From Jimgerdemannia flammicorona (Eukaryota), in the NCBI GenBank assembly GCA_003990765.1, contig RBNJ01000005.1, forward strand, positions 1-64,000: a stretch of DNA of 64,000 nt, given 5' to 3'. The notes under the pieces were generated by a model. That model did no database searches and was not told the origin of the DNA. It worked only from the letters and a program-made list of their open reading frames with translations. The first letter of the stretch is position 1; the number at the start of each line of letters is the position of its first letter. The position numbers and the translations under genes are program-made. Of the stretch, positions 23,300-37,028 are shown in pieces.

Positions 23300-26200
23300 C
23301 CACAGCACTAATTCTTGTATACCCCAATCTACAGAAGCCATTCATCTTATATACAGATGCTTCCAAAGATGGCCTAGGAGTAGTTCTAGCCCAAAAAGGA
23401 CCTAACCAACAATACTATGTGAATAGCTTATGCAAGCTAAGCTACTAATTAGCAGCAGATAAACTATAGTAGCACTAAGCTGGAATACCTTGCAGTTATA
23501 TGGGCAGTCACTCTATTCAAGCATTATCTCATTGAAAAAGGTTCACCCTGATCACAGACCATACAGCCCTCAAATGGCTATTCAACTGCAAGGAATCTAT
23601 CAGATCTTAGCCTGCTGGATTTCTATCCTTCAGGATTACAAAATCACTATCATCCACAAAGCAGAGAAAGCTCACAACAATGTTGATGTACTTTCTCATC
23701 AGCTCTAATGAACTAGAAGAAGAGTGTTCTGAGGAACTATACTATAAAGGAAGCTCTTCAAACCATCAAGGCACAAGAAGATCTCATCTGAAAAGAATAT
23801 CAGAAAGACCACTAAGGACAGGCGAACATAGAAGAAAAGTTACAAACAATATACCAACATTGGTCCAACCTTAGAACACAAGTCTGGGATTTACTTAAGA
23901 AATGTGATACCTGCCAGAAGTACCAAGGAAAGAAGAACCATCAAGCACTACTACAACCAATCATACTACCAGACAACATCCTTTAGAGATAGGGAGTAGA
24001 TGTAATTGGACCCCTACCAGTTATACTAAGAAGAAATAAGTATATCCTCATATTTGTGGAATATCTAACCAAGTGGCCTGAGGCTTTTTCAATGGAAATT
24101 GCAGATGCCTTAACTATTGTTGACCTTCTCTATAGACTTACACTCAGATATAGACCCCCAGAAGAACTCATCTCTGACTGAGGCACAGAATTCATCAATA
24201 ATATAATCATAAGTTATATCCAAATTCACAAGATCCACCTCAAATGAACCACATCATACCACCTCCAGATCAATGATATGATAGAAAGAATAAACCAGAC
24301 CATCAAGAAAGAACTTGCTCAAGTCAATTCTACTAACTGGGATCTCTGCTTACCTGAGATCCTATGGGAAATTCAGAATATCTCTACTGCCTCCACCAAA
24401 CAAAAGCCATTTGAAATGATATTTGTTAAGAAAACTAGAACTGCTAACCACAAGGATCTCAGAGACCTCCACAAGAAGACAGAATAGTTATATAATCAGG
24501 CCTGAGTTCAGATTATCAAAGTGCAGAAAAGACAAAAGAAGTACTATAACTAGAAGTAGAAGGATCAGGAGATCAAGATTGGAGATCAAGTACTAGTTTA
24601 GAGAAGTATGATTAAAATAAATTTTACCACCAAACTGGAGCCCAAGTGGGAAGGACCTTATCTTGTACATAATATCAGAGGAACCAGCATTTATTTAAGA
24701 ACCATGGATGGGTGAACCCTGAGGATACCAGTATACATCAATCATCTCAAGATATATCTCTCTCTATATCATGAATCAGTGAGTTGACAACTATCTTCAG
24801 ACCCTTATTCTCAGCTCATTTCAATCACTGCCAGTTCCCCTACCCCAATTCCAAGAAGTCAATGGGAATGCTCTTCAGAAAATTTGGATTTATCAAGAGA
24901 ACCTTGTTCTGGCCAGATAATTGCTACAGGTCCATTAACTTTAGGCCTATTATGCAATTGGAGAACAATTGCAGAATCTTCCAGCCCCAGAATAACATAT
25001 ATTAGAAATACCACAGGACTATCAAGGAGAGATGTCACCACCACAGACAGACTCTATACTCTTTACAAATGAAACCCCACAGCTCTGATACAGATACAAT
25101 TCTCCTGATATGATATATAAGGAATGAATCTAGCCACCTACCTGCATAGTATTAATACTGTTGAAATTCTATTCCCAGAAGAAGAAGAAGAACCCCTGGA
25201 GTAGAGTAACTATGGTACAGATGATGAAGATGATGAAACAGGTATTGATACAGAAGATGCATATCCACACTGGAATGATGACTAAAGAACAGTCTGAGGA
25301 CAGATCATCCTTTAGCAACAAACTAAAATATACTATCTGAATTATAACTTAGTCAAGATGATATGAATATATAGCATAGTAACTAGTAACCATTGCTGCA
25401 GAAAACTTATAAATAACTAGACTACCAGATAAGGTACACTTGTGCTGATCCAGTATATCTGTACTGAACCAGCACACCTGTGCCAAACCAACACACTTGC
25501 CATAGATAGCAATCTATAATTAGCAACATAGTAACCAGGTAGCAACCATAATATATAAAATACCCTAGAGACAAGAATAAATAAACCTTAGTCCAAAATT
25601 GAATCCAAAAGCAAAAGACAAGTCTGCCTCTCATATTTTGAGAGAAACTCTATAGCTACTGTTAGGAGATTATGAGCATTGGTCCCCTTTTCTACTCTGG
25701 TCCACTTTCTGATATAAAGTCTTAGTTCACTTGCCAGATAAGTCTGAAGATTTGCCACCAAAGTTCAAGGAAGAACTTTGCCACCTTTGAGTTATTTACC
25801 ATATTTCCAGAGAGCCTTAAGGAATCTTACCACAAGCCAGTCTCTTGACATAACTTTACAGTGACACATTCATATAAGTAAAGCTAGTCTTTGACATAAC
25901 TTTGCCAAGAATCTGAGTTATTATTTGAGAAGCCCACTGATTCAGGAAGAATCCATGTCATCCAAGTTATTCAAATTATCTGTATCTGAGTTATTTCCCA
26001 GGAGAACCCTGCCAATTCAGAAAGAATCTGTAATATCTAAGTTATCTGAGTTATTTGAGTTATCTGCATCATCTGAGTAATCCAAGTTATTTGAGTTATT
26101 TACATCATCCAAGTTATCTAAGCTATATATACCATCTGAGTTATTCATTTGTTCCCAGTGAACTGATACAGAAGAATCTACCACCAGTATAATTCCCAGT

Positions 26201-26584
26201 ACTAAATCAAGTTCTCCACTAAATACAGAATACTGCCAAGATTGTCATGCTATACAAGATTTTCCTATAGAAATTACACACTTTTGGAGATCATCATACT
26301 ATACTGAGATCACCATACTATACAGAGATCATCACACTGAAATTATATAAAGAAAACAGCTAAATTACTAGATTATCACTTATACACAAATCGCTGCTAT
26401 ACTCAGAGAACCTATCTCAATAAGGAAATTGATATACAAATTGCTCACAGATATCCAGCTTTGACTATTATACTACTAAATACTAAGAATATTTTGTTGC
26501 TTTTAACAAAGTAACTGGGGATTTAAGCCAAACTACACCAATCTCCAACCTTATAATTTACCTCTATTGAGCCTGATATATTAA
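23300..26584 (+). mobile_element. 3' fragment of a family B-related Ty3/Gypsy (RNase H, integrase, ORF3, decayed LTR)
   Basis: KPFILYTDASKDGLG, YHLQINDMIERINQT, KWEGPY; ORF3 remnant 24771-25285; LTR ~25330-26584 resembles the reverse complement of 35123-36482. Confidence 0.88.
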
Positions 26585-26909
26585 GTAAAGCAACTACCAG
26601 AAGTCACATAATATAGATACTCAAAGCTTTCTCAACTAGCTTTTTCTCACTTACTAGAATAGAGAAATCAATAGAAATAATAGGACTGCAAAATTATAAT
26701 TATTTTTTTTATTTTTATTTTTTAAAAAAAAAAACTAATAAATAAATACATAAAAATCTATAATGTAGAAAAAATATCAAGTTGATCAGAGAATATCTCC
26801 CAGTTTTGCCCTTACTCAAGGGCTTAACAGTTTGCGTTAGGAGTAGTTAAGACCAATATAGAGGTCTTGCGAAAGATAATGAAAAGTATTTTAGCTTTCA
26901 GTTTGTATA

Positions 26910-29900
26910 TATTGAGATAGCAACTCAATATACTAGTATATGACCTTATACTATTCTATCAGATTTATGTCATTTATCAGTAACATAGAGAAATATATAA
27001 CTTATGCAACTTCAACAAAACACTTCTCTTTACAACAAAGGTTATGAGTCCTGCTAGCACTAAGTGGCTATAGCAAACACCTCTTTAAATATACTATATA
27101 TATACTAGAAATGTTAGATGACTAGCTTAGCAATGTAAGTATGTAAATAGATATGCCAATTACAGGTATTCCTCCTATGAGTGTAATCTCAATAAGTATA
27201 GAAAATATAGTCTTGGTTGTTAGCATAAATATAGCCAAGTGGTCCATCCCAATCTTTGATGGGAAAGACTATACCATTTGGGTGTTTTATATAATAAATC
27301 TCTTTGATGAATATAGTCTGGCAGTATATATAAAGCCACAAGTACTAATTCAAGCTTATGACTCTATAAATGATTGCCAAGTATTATGTAAGATTGCATT
27401 TATATTATTGAACTTACAAACAAAGCTCATAATATATACTATGATGGCTCACAAGGTGTAGAAAGCTCTATGTAAGTATTATATATAAGTATTTATGTCA
27501 AATTGATTCCACCTGAAATCTCAGCTATTCAATCTTTGAATAAAGCCAAAGAAGAGTATCAAAAAATATGTCAGTTGCATTGATGATCTGGTGAATCAAG
27601 TGAATTCTCTCAGTACATCTGCAGATTGCATTGGTAATGAAGATAAGGTTATAGTACTCACCAGAGGACTTCTAGATCTATATAATATTGTTATTATAGT
27701 CATACACAAAAGTGTCAGTCTCTCAGATTATATCTATATAATAATGAGTCTTATAAATAAGAAAATATACTAAGGAAATATTACTGATGATGATAAGAAC
27801 ACATTCTATGGATCTTATGGACATGGTAGCAAATGAGGTCAAAAGTGCAGTCTATAAGGCCAATATACCCAAACTTAAAATCAATATAACAACTAGTCTA
27901 GCCAATCAACCAAGTATGATGGTTACTGTGAATATTGCAATAAGTATAGATATAGAAAGTAGTAATACTATATTTGGGAAAATGACAAGAAGAGCAGTAA
28001 AAATAAGCAATAATATAGAAAAAGCCAGCATTAGCAATATGGATGCAGGAACTATTGAGAGAAGCATGGCAATACAAATACTGCTGAAACTGATGAAAGC
28101 AGTAATCTATTTTTTGTACAAGCTGGCAGCTCTACCACTAATTCTACTAGTAGTGCCAGTTCTTCCAGTACAAGATCTACTGCCAAATTCACCAATCTGT
28201 CATCTATGAATTCCAGTTAGTGAAATACTTTTCACTTAGCAAAAAGTAGTGATGTTAATACTATTAATAACCATAAATCCACCAGTAGTAAATTCATCAA
28301 TATAGTTGATGATAATGATGTCTGGTTAATAGATTCTGGAGTTATATAATATATAATACTATATAGAAAATAGTTCTCTATATATGAGCCTTTTGAATAC
28401 TCTATATCTATTAAGTTAGGAGATAAAAATATCATCTATACTCAAGGAAAGAGAAATGTAGGGATATATCTATATGAAAATGTCATCAAGCCTGCTGCCA
28501 CTCTTGGGGACATGCTGTATGCTCTAGAGATAGAAAAGAACCTCTTCTCTATGGGAAAAATGATATTCCATAACAATAAAGAAATACACATATATGTGAA
28601 AGGCACCACCATATATGATTCATATGATAACAAAAGGTTAATGATAGCTTCAAAGTATGGAAATCTTTATATGATCAATGGTATGCCAAATAGTATGAAA
28701 ACCTCAGCATATGCAACAACTATATCTGATAGATCTAATATAAGGCATCAATACTTAGGACATATCAGCAAGACAAGCCTAGAATATATGATTAGAAGTG
28801 GCTTAGTGAAAGAATTACTGGTATATATACATCTGGAAGATAGCTTTTGTAAGATATATATAGAAAATAAAGCTTTCTGAAGACTGTTTGAAGAATGGTT
28901 AAAGCATGCCTTGGAGATCCTTAATCTATATATAGCCCAATGTATATACTTTCACATTCCAGCAAGAGATATTTTCTGATATTTATCAATGATCATATAT
29001 ACAAGGTATATGTATATTACTTATTAGTAAAGAGCAAAGTCTTGGAGAAATTTAAAGAATTCAAGGTAATCACTAAGAACAAAACAGGATGTAGAATACA
29101 CATTATACACTCAGATAATATATGTGAATATATAAACAATATATTCAGGAAATTCCTGATGAAATATAGTATAAGCCATCAAATAATGGCTCTTTATACA
29201 CCTCAACAAAATGACATGGCTGAGCGACTTAACTATATAGCTGTTGAAATGGTACAGATGATGATCAATATTACTGGATTAGAATATTCCTATTAGGTCA
29301 AAGCCATCATTATAGTGATATATATCTGCAATCAGTATGTATCTCAATCACTAAGCAAGGAAGCTAGTACATAACAACAATAAGTATAAGGATGATGATC
29401 TTACTTCTGAAGAGTTATGGAGTAGAACAAAGTCTGATGTATCACATCTATATATATATATTTAGATATGATGCATATATCCTCAACAAAAGCAATATTA
29501 ACAGATACAAATTCAAGCCAAAGGTAGTTAAGTATATACTTCTTGAATATAGCAGAAAATCATAGGCTTCAGAATCTGTATGAAATATGTGGTGATTTTG
29601 TATAATATATAATTTAATGAAAAAGGAAACAATAAGGAGATTTACATAAAAATATCTGTGGAAACCTCTATATTCCAGCCAGTACAACAACTAGTACCAC
29701 CAACATCCACCTGTCCAACAGTTAATCAAAACTATTTCCAACTAATATATGTCTAAGCAAGAGTTACCCAAGTCAAGGATCACTAAGATCAAAGATAAAA
29801 ATGACAGTAAATCCTCCAATGATAAAGAATCTCTACAAAGAGTAAATAAATATAAAAATGATTCAACATATGCCAAGAGATGCATTCAGCCAGTGAGCTC

Positions 29901-32040
29901 TAGAAGGCAGTAACGTCAAGACCATGGCCTATACTGAAGCATATGAATACACATATATCATGACATCTGATAAGCTAAACATATATGATAAAGCTATAAG
30001 CAATGCTGACAACAAAAAATGAGAACACACTATGAATGAGGAATATGATTCACTCATTGAAAATAGCATGTAAGATCTAGTACCTCTTCCACCAAACTGT
30101 CAAGCAATAGGATCCAAGCAGGTATATAAGATAAAGTGCAATGCCAATAGTAATGTAGAACAGTATAAATCTCATTTTGTTGCTAAGGGTTATTTGCAGG
30201 ATTATGGTATAGACTATGATGAGACATTTTTGCTAGTATTCAAACTTACTTCACTTAGAATACTCCTTGTGATCAGTGTGATATATGATCTCAAAATCCA
30301 TCAAATAGATGTAAAGATAGTATTTCTAAATAGTGAGATAGACACCAAACTATATATCTATCAACCACAAGGATATGTATGAACTATATGATAGCCCAAA
30401 TGGTGAGCTTATATACAAATTATACAAAGGACTATATGGCATCAAACAAGTGGCATGATTATGGAATAAAAGGATTGATAAATATCTTCTTGACAATGGA
30501 TTCACATATTGCAAAGTAGATAATTATATATATATCAAATATTATGATGATGGTATAGTATTCATTAGTATATATGTAGATGATATCATCAAAGAACAGG
30601 CTTAATGAAGTAAAGAAAACCCTATGCTGAGAATTCAAGATGACTAATATAGGTGACATATCCTTCCTTTTGGGAATATCAATTACATATGATAGGAACA
30701 CACATACTATACATCTCTTGCAAGAAATATATACCAAAGCTATCTTCAAACAATTCAATATAAGTGAATATAAACCAGTTAGCACTCCTATGGATACTTT
30801 TATGAAGTTAAGGAAGTCAAACACTACACTTGAGGATAATGACAACAAAAACATTTCCTATTAATAAGCAGTCAGCTCTCTTATATATCTCATACTAAGA
30901 ATGAGATCCAATATATATATCATATACTGTAAATAAGGTGGTACAATATTCCTTCTGCTACTATTATTCACATTGGAGCACTATTAAGAGGATTTTCCAA
31001 TACTTAAAGAGATCAGTATACTATATGCTTATATTGGATAGTAATATTAGATTAAGCAGAAGCAACAGTAAGAGCAATGGCAAGAGCAATGATATCTGGC
31101 TATCTGATACATGTGATGCTGATTGGGCTGGAGACTTAGATGATCATAAATCTATAACTGGGTACCTCTTCCACATTAGTGATCAAGGATCCATCATCTC
31201 ATAGCAAATACATAAGCAATTCTCTATTGTAATTTCATCTATATAAGCTAAATATCAGGCTTATCATTGGCAATAAAGGAAGCCTTATAGCTTTACAAAC
31301 TATTAAAGAAGCTTGGCTTTCTGCAAGAAAGTACTACACTATACCAAGATAATCAGTCTATGATTACACTCACTAAGAATCTGATACATTATAGCAGAAT
31401 GAAATATATGTATTGATATATAGTATTATTTAATATGCAAATATATAGAAACTGGTACTATATATCTCCACAGAGTATATTATTGTAGACTCATTGACTA
31501 AAGCTTTTCCAAAACCAAAGTTTGAGCAATATACTAAAGGAATGGGTCTTATGAGCTATATGCTAGCATTTGATTAGCTATGGGATAATTTTTAGATTAT
31601 CAAAAGTCTCTTATACTGTCAATACATCCCTCATCTACAAGTGGATTATATACATTACATTCTTTATATTCTTTACCTATGGGTATTTTCAGAACACTTT
31701 TCAACCCATGAAAATTCATACATTACTAGTCTTTTACTATATTCTTTACCTATTTTCATACTTATAAGCAGGGAATTTTGACCTTCTGTGGTTATCTAGA
31801 TAGCATCTCATTGGTCATATTTAGTTTACTCTAGTTTGCTTCTATTCTAGTTTGTATTCTTTTTGGGTATATATTGTATTCTTTTTGGATTACATATCTC
31901 ATTGAGTGAGAGTGTTGGGATAGCAACTTGATATGCCAGCACATGACCTTATATCATTCCATCAGATCTACATCATTCATCAGTAACATAGAAAAATATG
32001 TGACCTATGCAACTTCTATATAATGCCTCTCTTTACAACA
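26910..32040 (+). mobile_element. Full-length decayed Ty1/Copia retrotransposon
   Basis: 128-bp LTRs 26910-27037 and 31913-32040; PBS GGTTATGAGTCC; PPT; WLIDSG protease, TPQQNDMAERLN integrase, YGIDYDETF/YVDD RT, DADWAGDLDDHKS RNase H in Copia order; TSD GTATA/GTGTG. Confidence 0.93.
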
Positions 32041-32448
32041 GTGTGAACAATGCTTGAAGAAAACCAATGAGTGCAAATAAGCAAAAAAGGTAAAGTGTTA
32101 GCCAACTGCTATATCGAGGGGCCGCAAGTATATATTTCCACAATTTTAACAGGAGGTTGCTGCATTTGAAGCTTGAGCCTGTGGAAAATTCCGAAATTTC
32201 CAATCACATGCAGGGTGATGTCAATCAAACCTCTGGAAAAAATAAAAGCATGAACCAATGAACAATAGCGCCAATGAAGAAAGGATGACGGATTTGGGTA
32301 CGCCATTGCATCACTCACTAGCCACATTGTGCGAATTTGGCATTACGCCAGATTCTCACTCGTGATTGCTGATGTTGAAGCTTTGAGGCTGAACCACATC
32401 TTGCCCACTTTAATACTTCCCTTTGAACCCTTCACTTCCACCGAAAAA

Positions 32449-33682
32449 ATGCCCACTCCAACACTTCCCTTCGATATCCTCACTTCCATCTTCAAGGTCC
32501 TTTACCAGTGGTCAATGCACTCTACCATTGAAAATCATATCTTTCACACTGACCTCTTCAACTGCTCACTTGTCTCGCATGACTGGCGTGCTGCTGCTCT
32601 CCCGCTACTCTGGATGACATTGAGGATATACCAATTTATCGATAAAGGGTGGCAGAGGCTTGCCGACTCGTTGGTGGCCGAATGTGCAAGTACAATACAG
32701 GGCAAGATAAACCGTGCCAGCTACATCACGAACATCAAGATGTACACATATCAGAATCTCCGGAGCGACAGCTACGCGCCAATAATACGTATCCTGAATC
32801 TCCTTCAAGCATCTCAGCTTCGCAACATCGAGGTCGAAACTCCATTACCTGACAACATTTTGCAGACTATCTTTCCGGCGTTGTCTCATAGTCTAGAATC
32901 CCTCTCATTTGTGGATTCCAACGAACAATTCCGCACCTGCACTCCCTATTCTGACATCGTATTACAAAACTTTCCCAAATCGCTTCGAAAACTAAAATAT
33001 TTTGCATCTGATCGCACTGTCATCAATTCAAAAAACACTTTTGCACTGCCGAAACTGCGTATACTCTATCTTTCAAACCTTGAAATGACAGCTGATGCAC
33101 TAGATCAAGGCTTGCGAACCTGGCATCCAAATTTCAAAGATCTCAATATAACCGACAGCCCCAAATTCTTTCAAAGCTCCGTTATGCATGCGCTCGCTGA
33201 ATGTTATCCAAATTTGAGGTGCTTGACATTACACAACTATTCGCGTTCGTCTTTCGCTGACATCTCTGATGAGCCACTTTGCTGCCTCATCGACTCTTGC
33301 CTTCACCTATGCTACCTTGACCTTCACTGTGTCACGAATCTCTCGAATTTGTTCCTGATCCATTGCGCCCACCATGCTCGCAATCTTCAAGAATTGTATA
33401 TCATGCAAAATGGTTTCCAGCTCACAGGTAAAGGTGTTGTGGAAATGATTGGATGGAAACAACGTCTGAAGTACATTAAAATTCAGGTGGGCGGTGATGA
33501 AATGGACGAGGAGTTTGTAAAGGCTATTGTGAGTAATTGCAAACATTTGTGGTTATATAAGATAGGTAAGAATCGTCATTCTTGCAATTGCCCTCTTAGA
33601 TGTGAAATTTGTTATATAAGATGTCTATATACATATTATCTGAACTTAATTTATTTCATCCACAGGTATATTTCGTAATTAG
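32449..33682 (+). CDS. Host F-box / leucine-rich-repeat (RNI-like) protein; exons 32449-33565 and 33666-33682
   Basis: F-box LPFDILTSIF...LFNCSLVSHDW...ALPLLW; LRRs LRILYL, LRCLTL, LCYLDL, LQELYI; GTAAGA...CACAG intron 33566-33665; CpG not depleted. Confidence 0.85.
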
Positions 33683-35122
33683 CAGAGTAAGTGAGAGATA
33701 ATTGTCAATATAGTAATATGTAACTGAAATATTGTTCTGAAACTGAAATGTAATTTTTTTTCGTAAGTCTCAATAGTAAATATAATGAAATATAATATAA
33801 TTGAAAAATTGAAATATTAATATAGAGTAGAATAAAATAAAATAATAATAAAAGTAGATATATATATAATAGTTCATTACATAGCAGCAAAGTTATTAGA
33901 AATTTTAATAGAATTTCCAACATAGTAGTTACAGTTACTATATATTATATAACTATAAATAGATATATTCAGTACACTATATTGAGCCATAGTTTTCAAT
34001 CTGTATATATAAATACTCTCTATACTGAGTATATTGTAACCTCAGCTCTGTTTTCTCTAAATATAAGAATAAAGTAGTATTTTTATCAAAACTCTCAGAT
34101 CTGATTTGTTAATAATTCTAAGCCTGATCAACTTAGAATACAAGCACAGTATCTCTACTAGTATAAGAATCTGAAAGTAATACTTAGACTATACTATAAC
34201 AACAGATAATTGAAACTTAATACTTTTTTGCAAAACTCAGAACTTAGAACTGATAGTTATTTTTTATTATTTATAATATATTAATTTTATCAGTATATAG
34301 TTTTATTACAATTTAATAGTAGTAAAAGTTACTCTTATCTACAAGTGAGCTTTTCTCAAGAAACCCACTATGAATATAAACAACTCTACAGAGAACCCAG
34401 TTAGTATTACTAATATTATTAGTAATAACCAAAGAATACTCTCACTCTAGCTACTCTTTAGAACTAAGCTAAAAAAGTGAGTAGACTAAAATCTATACCA
34501 ACTAAGAAAAATTTGATAACTTTAATAATAAAACTATATAAAAGTATTCAACATATATATTTATCATACTCAATAAAGAAGTTATGCATATCCAAGATAT
34601 CAGAAAGGAATTTAAAAAGTTAATTAGTAGTTACTTCTATAAGAAATATACAAGAGAATCTATCAAAACTATAAGTAAATATTTTCTAAATTTTCTCTCT
34701 AACAATTGCTACTATAAGCCAAGAACTTTCTGAACTATAAGAGATATTATACTAACTAAAGAAAATCCTATCTCTACTTCTGAGTCCTCTGTATATAAAC
34801 AAAGATATATAATTCAACAGTATAGACTACAAACTACTGGATCTAATAAAGTCTTTACTATATTATCTTGATCTAGGAGAATAGTTTAAAAAATACCTAA
34901 ATTTGATATTAGTGATTTCAGTACTACTATAAACCTACCACTAAGAATATCAAGTCTACTAAAAATTACTACAGAAGACCTAGTAATAATTATATCAAAA
35001 CTATCAATCTATAGACTGATCATCAAGTTTATCTATCTTGATAATATTATAGAAAAAATAACTGAATATTACACTACTCCTAAGTAACAATACCTAAAGA
35101 TAGATCACTATCCTCCTACTAT

Positions 35123-36482
35123 TGTAACATGCTGGCTCAATGGAGGCAAATTACAAGGTTGGGGGTTGATGTAGTTTAGCTTGAGCCCCCAGTTACTTTG
35201 TCAAAAAGCAACAAAATGTTCTAAGATTCCTGAGGTCCTTGGTGTTTGGTGGTATAATAGTCAAAACTAGATATCTGCGAGCAGTTTCCTTATTGGGACT
35301 GTTCTCTGGGTATAGCAGCGATTTGTATCTTTCCTTCTTAGGTCAACTGGGAATGGCGGAATTTGTGTAGCGTGACAATCTTGTATGTGACAGTCTGGCA
35401 ATTTAGCAGTTCTCCTTATGCGATTTCTGCATGACGATCTCTGTGTAGCGTGGCAATTTCTGTATAGCACAGCGGATTCCTTATGCAGGATGATCTTGGC
35501 GAGATTCCTTATGCAGGATGATCTTGGCGAGATTCCTTATGCAGGATGATCTTGGCGAGATTCCTTATGCAGATTTGGCGGACAACTCGATTTAGCTCAC
35601 TGGGAATTATACTGACATGGTTTCTTCTGTACCAGGCTCACTGGGAATAACAAATAATTCGAAGGTTGCAGATTCTTCCTGAATCAGTTGGCTTCTGAGA
35701 ATAATAACTCAGGTGGCGAGGATCGGGTTCTTCTGGGAATGTGGATAACTCGAAAACGGCGGGTGATGCGGATTCTTCCTGAATCGACTTCAACTGGGAA
35801 TACTACTCAGATTCTTGACAAGTTACATCAAAGACTGGCTTCGTTTGTGCGGGATTATGTCATAAACTGGCTCCACTGCGAAGTTGCATCAGAAAGACTG
35901 GCTTGTGGCAAGAAAGGCGGGCTCTCTGGGAATATGGCAGAATGGCGAAAATCTTCAGGCTTATCTGGCAAGCGAACCAATAACGTGGCTTATTCCTTAA
36001 GCGGCGGGTTTCTCAAAAGGCAGCGAAGTTCTCCTTGAACTAGGTGGCAAATCTTCAGGCTTTGTATCAGAAAGTGGACCAGAGTGGAAAAGAGGACCAA
36101 TGCTCACAATCTCCTAACAGTGGCTGTAGAGTTCCTCTTGAAGTGTGGTAGGCAGACTTGTCTTTTACTTTTGGATTCAATTTCGGACTGAGGTTTATTC
36201 ACTCTTGTCTCTGGGGTAATTTATACATTGTGGTTGCTATCTGGTTGCTATCTGACTAACTATAGAATGCTATTTATGGGGTGACATTCACTGTCAGGGT
36301 GATAGCTGCTATCAGGGTGACAGCTACTATCAGGGTGACAGCCACTGTTCACATTATTTCCTTCTTTGGCTATCTAGTTATTTATACATTTTCCGCAGCA
36401 ATGGTTGCTGGTTACTATGCTGTACTAATGTTCATGTCACCTGGTTGGGTTTTGAGATTGCTACATTTTGTGGTTCATCACA
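35123..36482 (-). repeat. 3' LTR of family B element (1,360 bp)
   Basis: TGTAAC...ATCACA; 28-bp tandem at ~35475-35572; 18-bp tandem at ~36290-36345. Confidence 0.95.
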
Positions 36483-36521
36483 TCAGCCCCCACTAAAGGG
36501 TAGTCTGTCTCAGACTATCCT

Positions 36522-37028
36522 TTAGTCATCATTCCAATGAGCATAGGCATCTTCTGCATCTATGTCTATTCCATCATCTTCATTGTCTGTACTGGGGTCA
36601 CTCCATTCTAACTCTGAATCTTCCTCTTGTTCCTCAGGAAACAGGATGTCTACTTGTTGAAGGATACTCTGGAAGGTGGTCTCATTCATCTGATGGATAT
36701 CATTGAGGTGGAAGTGGGACTGCACCAGGGCTCCAATGTTTCGTTTATATAGAGTGTAGATTCATTTGGCAGTTCTTGCTTCTCTGAGAGTAATTCCAGC
36801 TGGGCTCCTTATGTAAGGTTGTTCTGTCAATAGCTGTCCAATGTTGTAGAAGGCTTATAGATGGTGGATCTGAAGCAACCTTTGGGCAATGGCAAGGTTC
36901 TCTTGATGCTTCTGGATCAATTGTATGGGGGTTCCTTCAAGTTGGTGAAACTGGGGCAGGGGAATTGGCAGGGCTTGGAAGGAGCTGAGGATGAGGGTCT
37001 GGAGGCGTTGATCTATCCTCTGAGTCAT
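36522..37028 (-). pseudogene. Accessory ORF3 (169 codons) between integrase and PPT
   Basis: MTQRIDQRLQTLILSSFQ...AFYNIGQLL...IYTLY...DAYAHWNDD with two internal stops; homolog at 24771-25285. Confidence 0.75.

Noticed and set aside
32329-32448. 40-aa N-terminal extension and read-through C-terminus of the F-box ORF
   Set aside because: GTG start unlikely in a eukaryote; ATG 32449 directly precedes the F-box; the tail is intronic.
35267-36496. Short ORFs in family B LTRs (also 44183-45356)
   Set aside because: Repeat-derived, with lengths that differ between sister LTRs.
36522-37028. ORF3 as an env gene
   Set aside because: Short, acidic, no signal peptide, furin site or TM helix.
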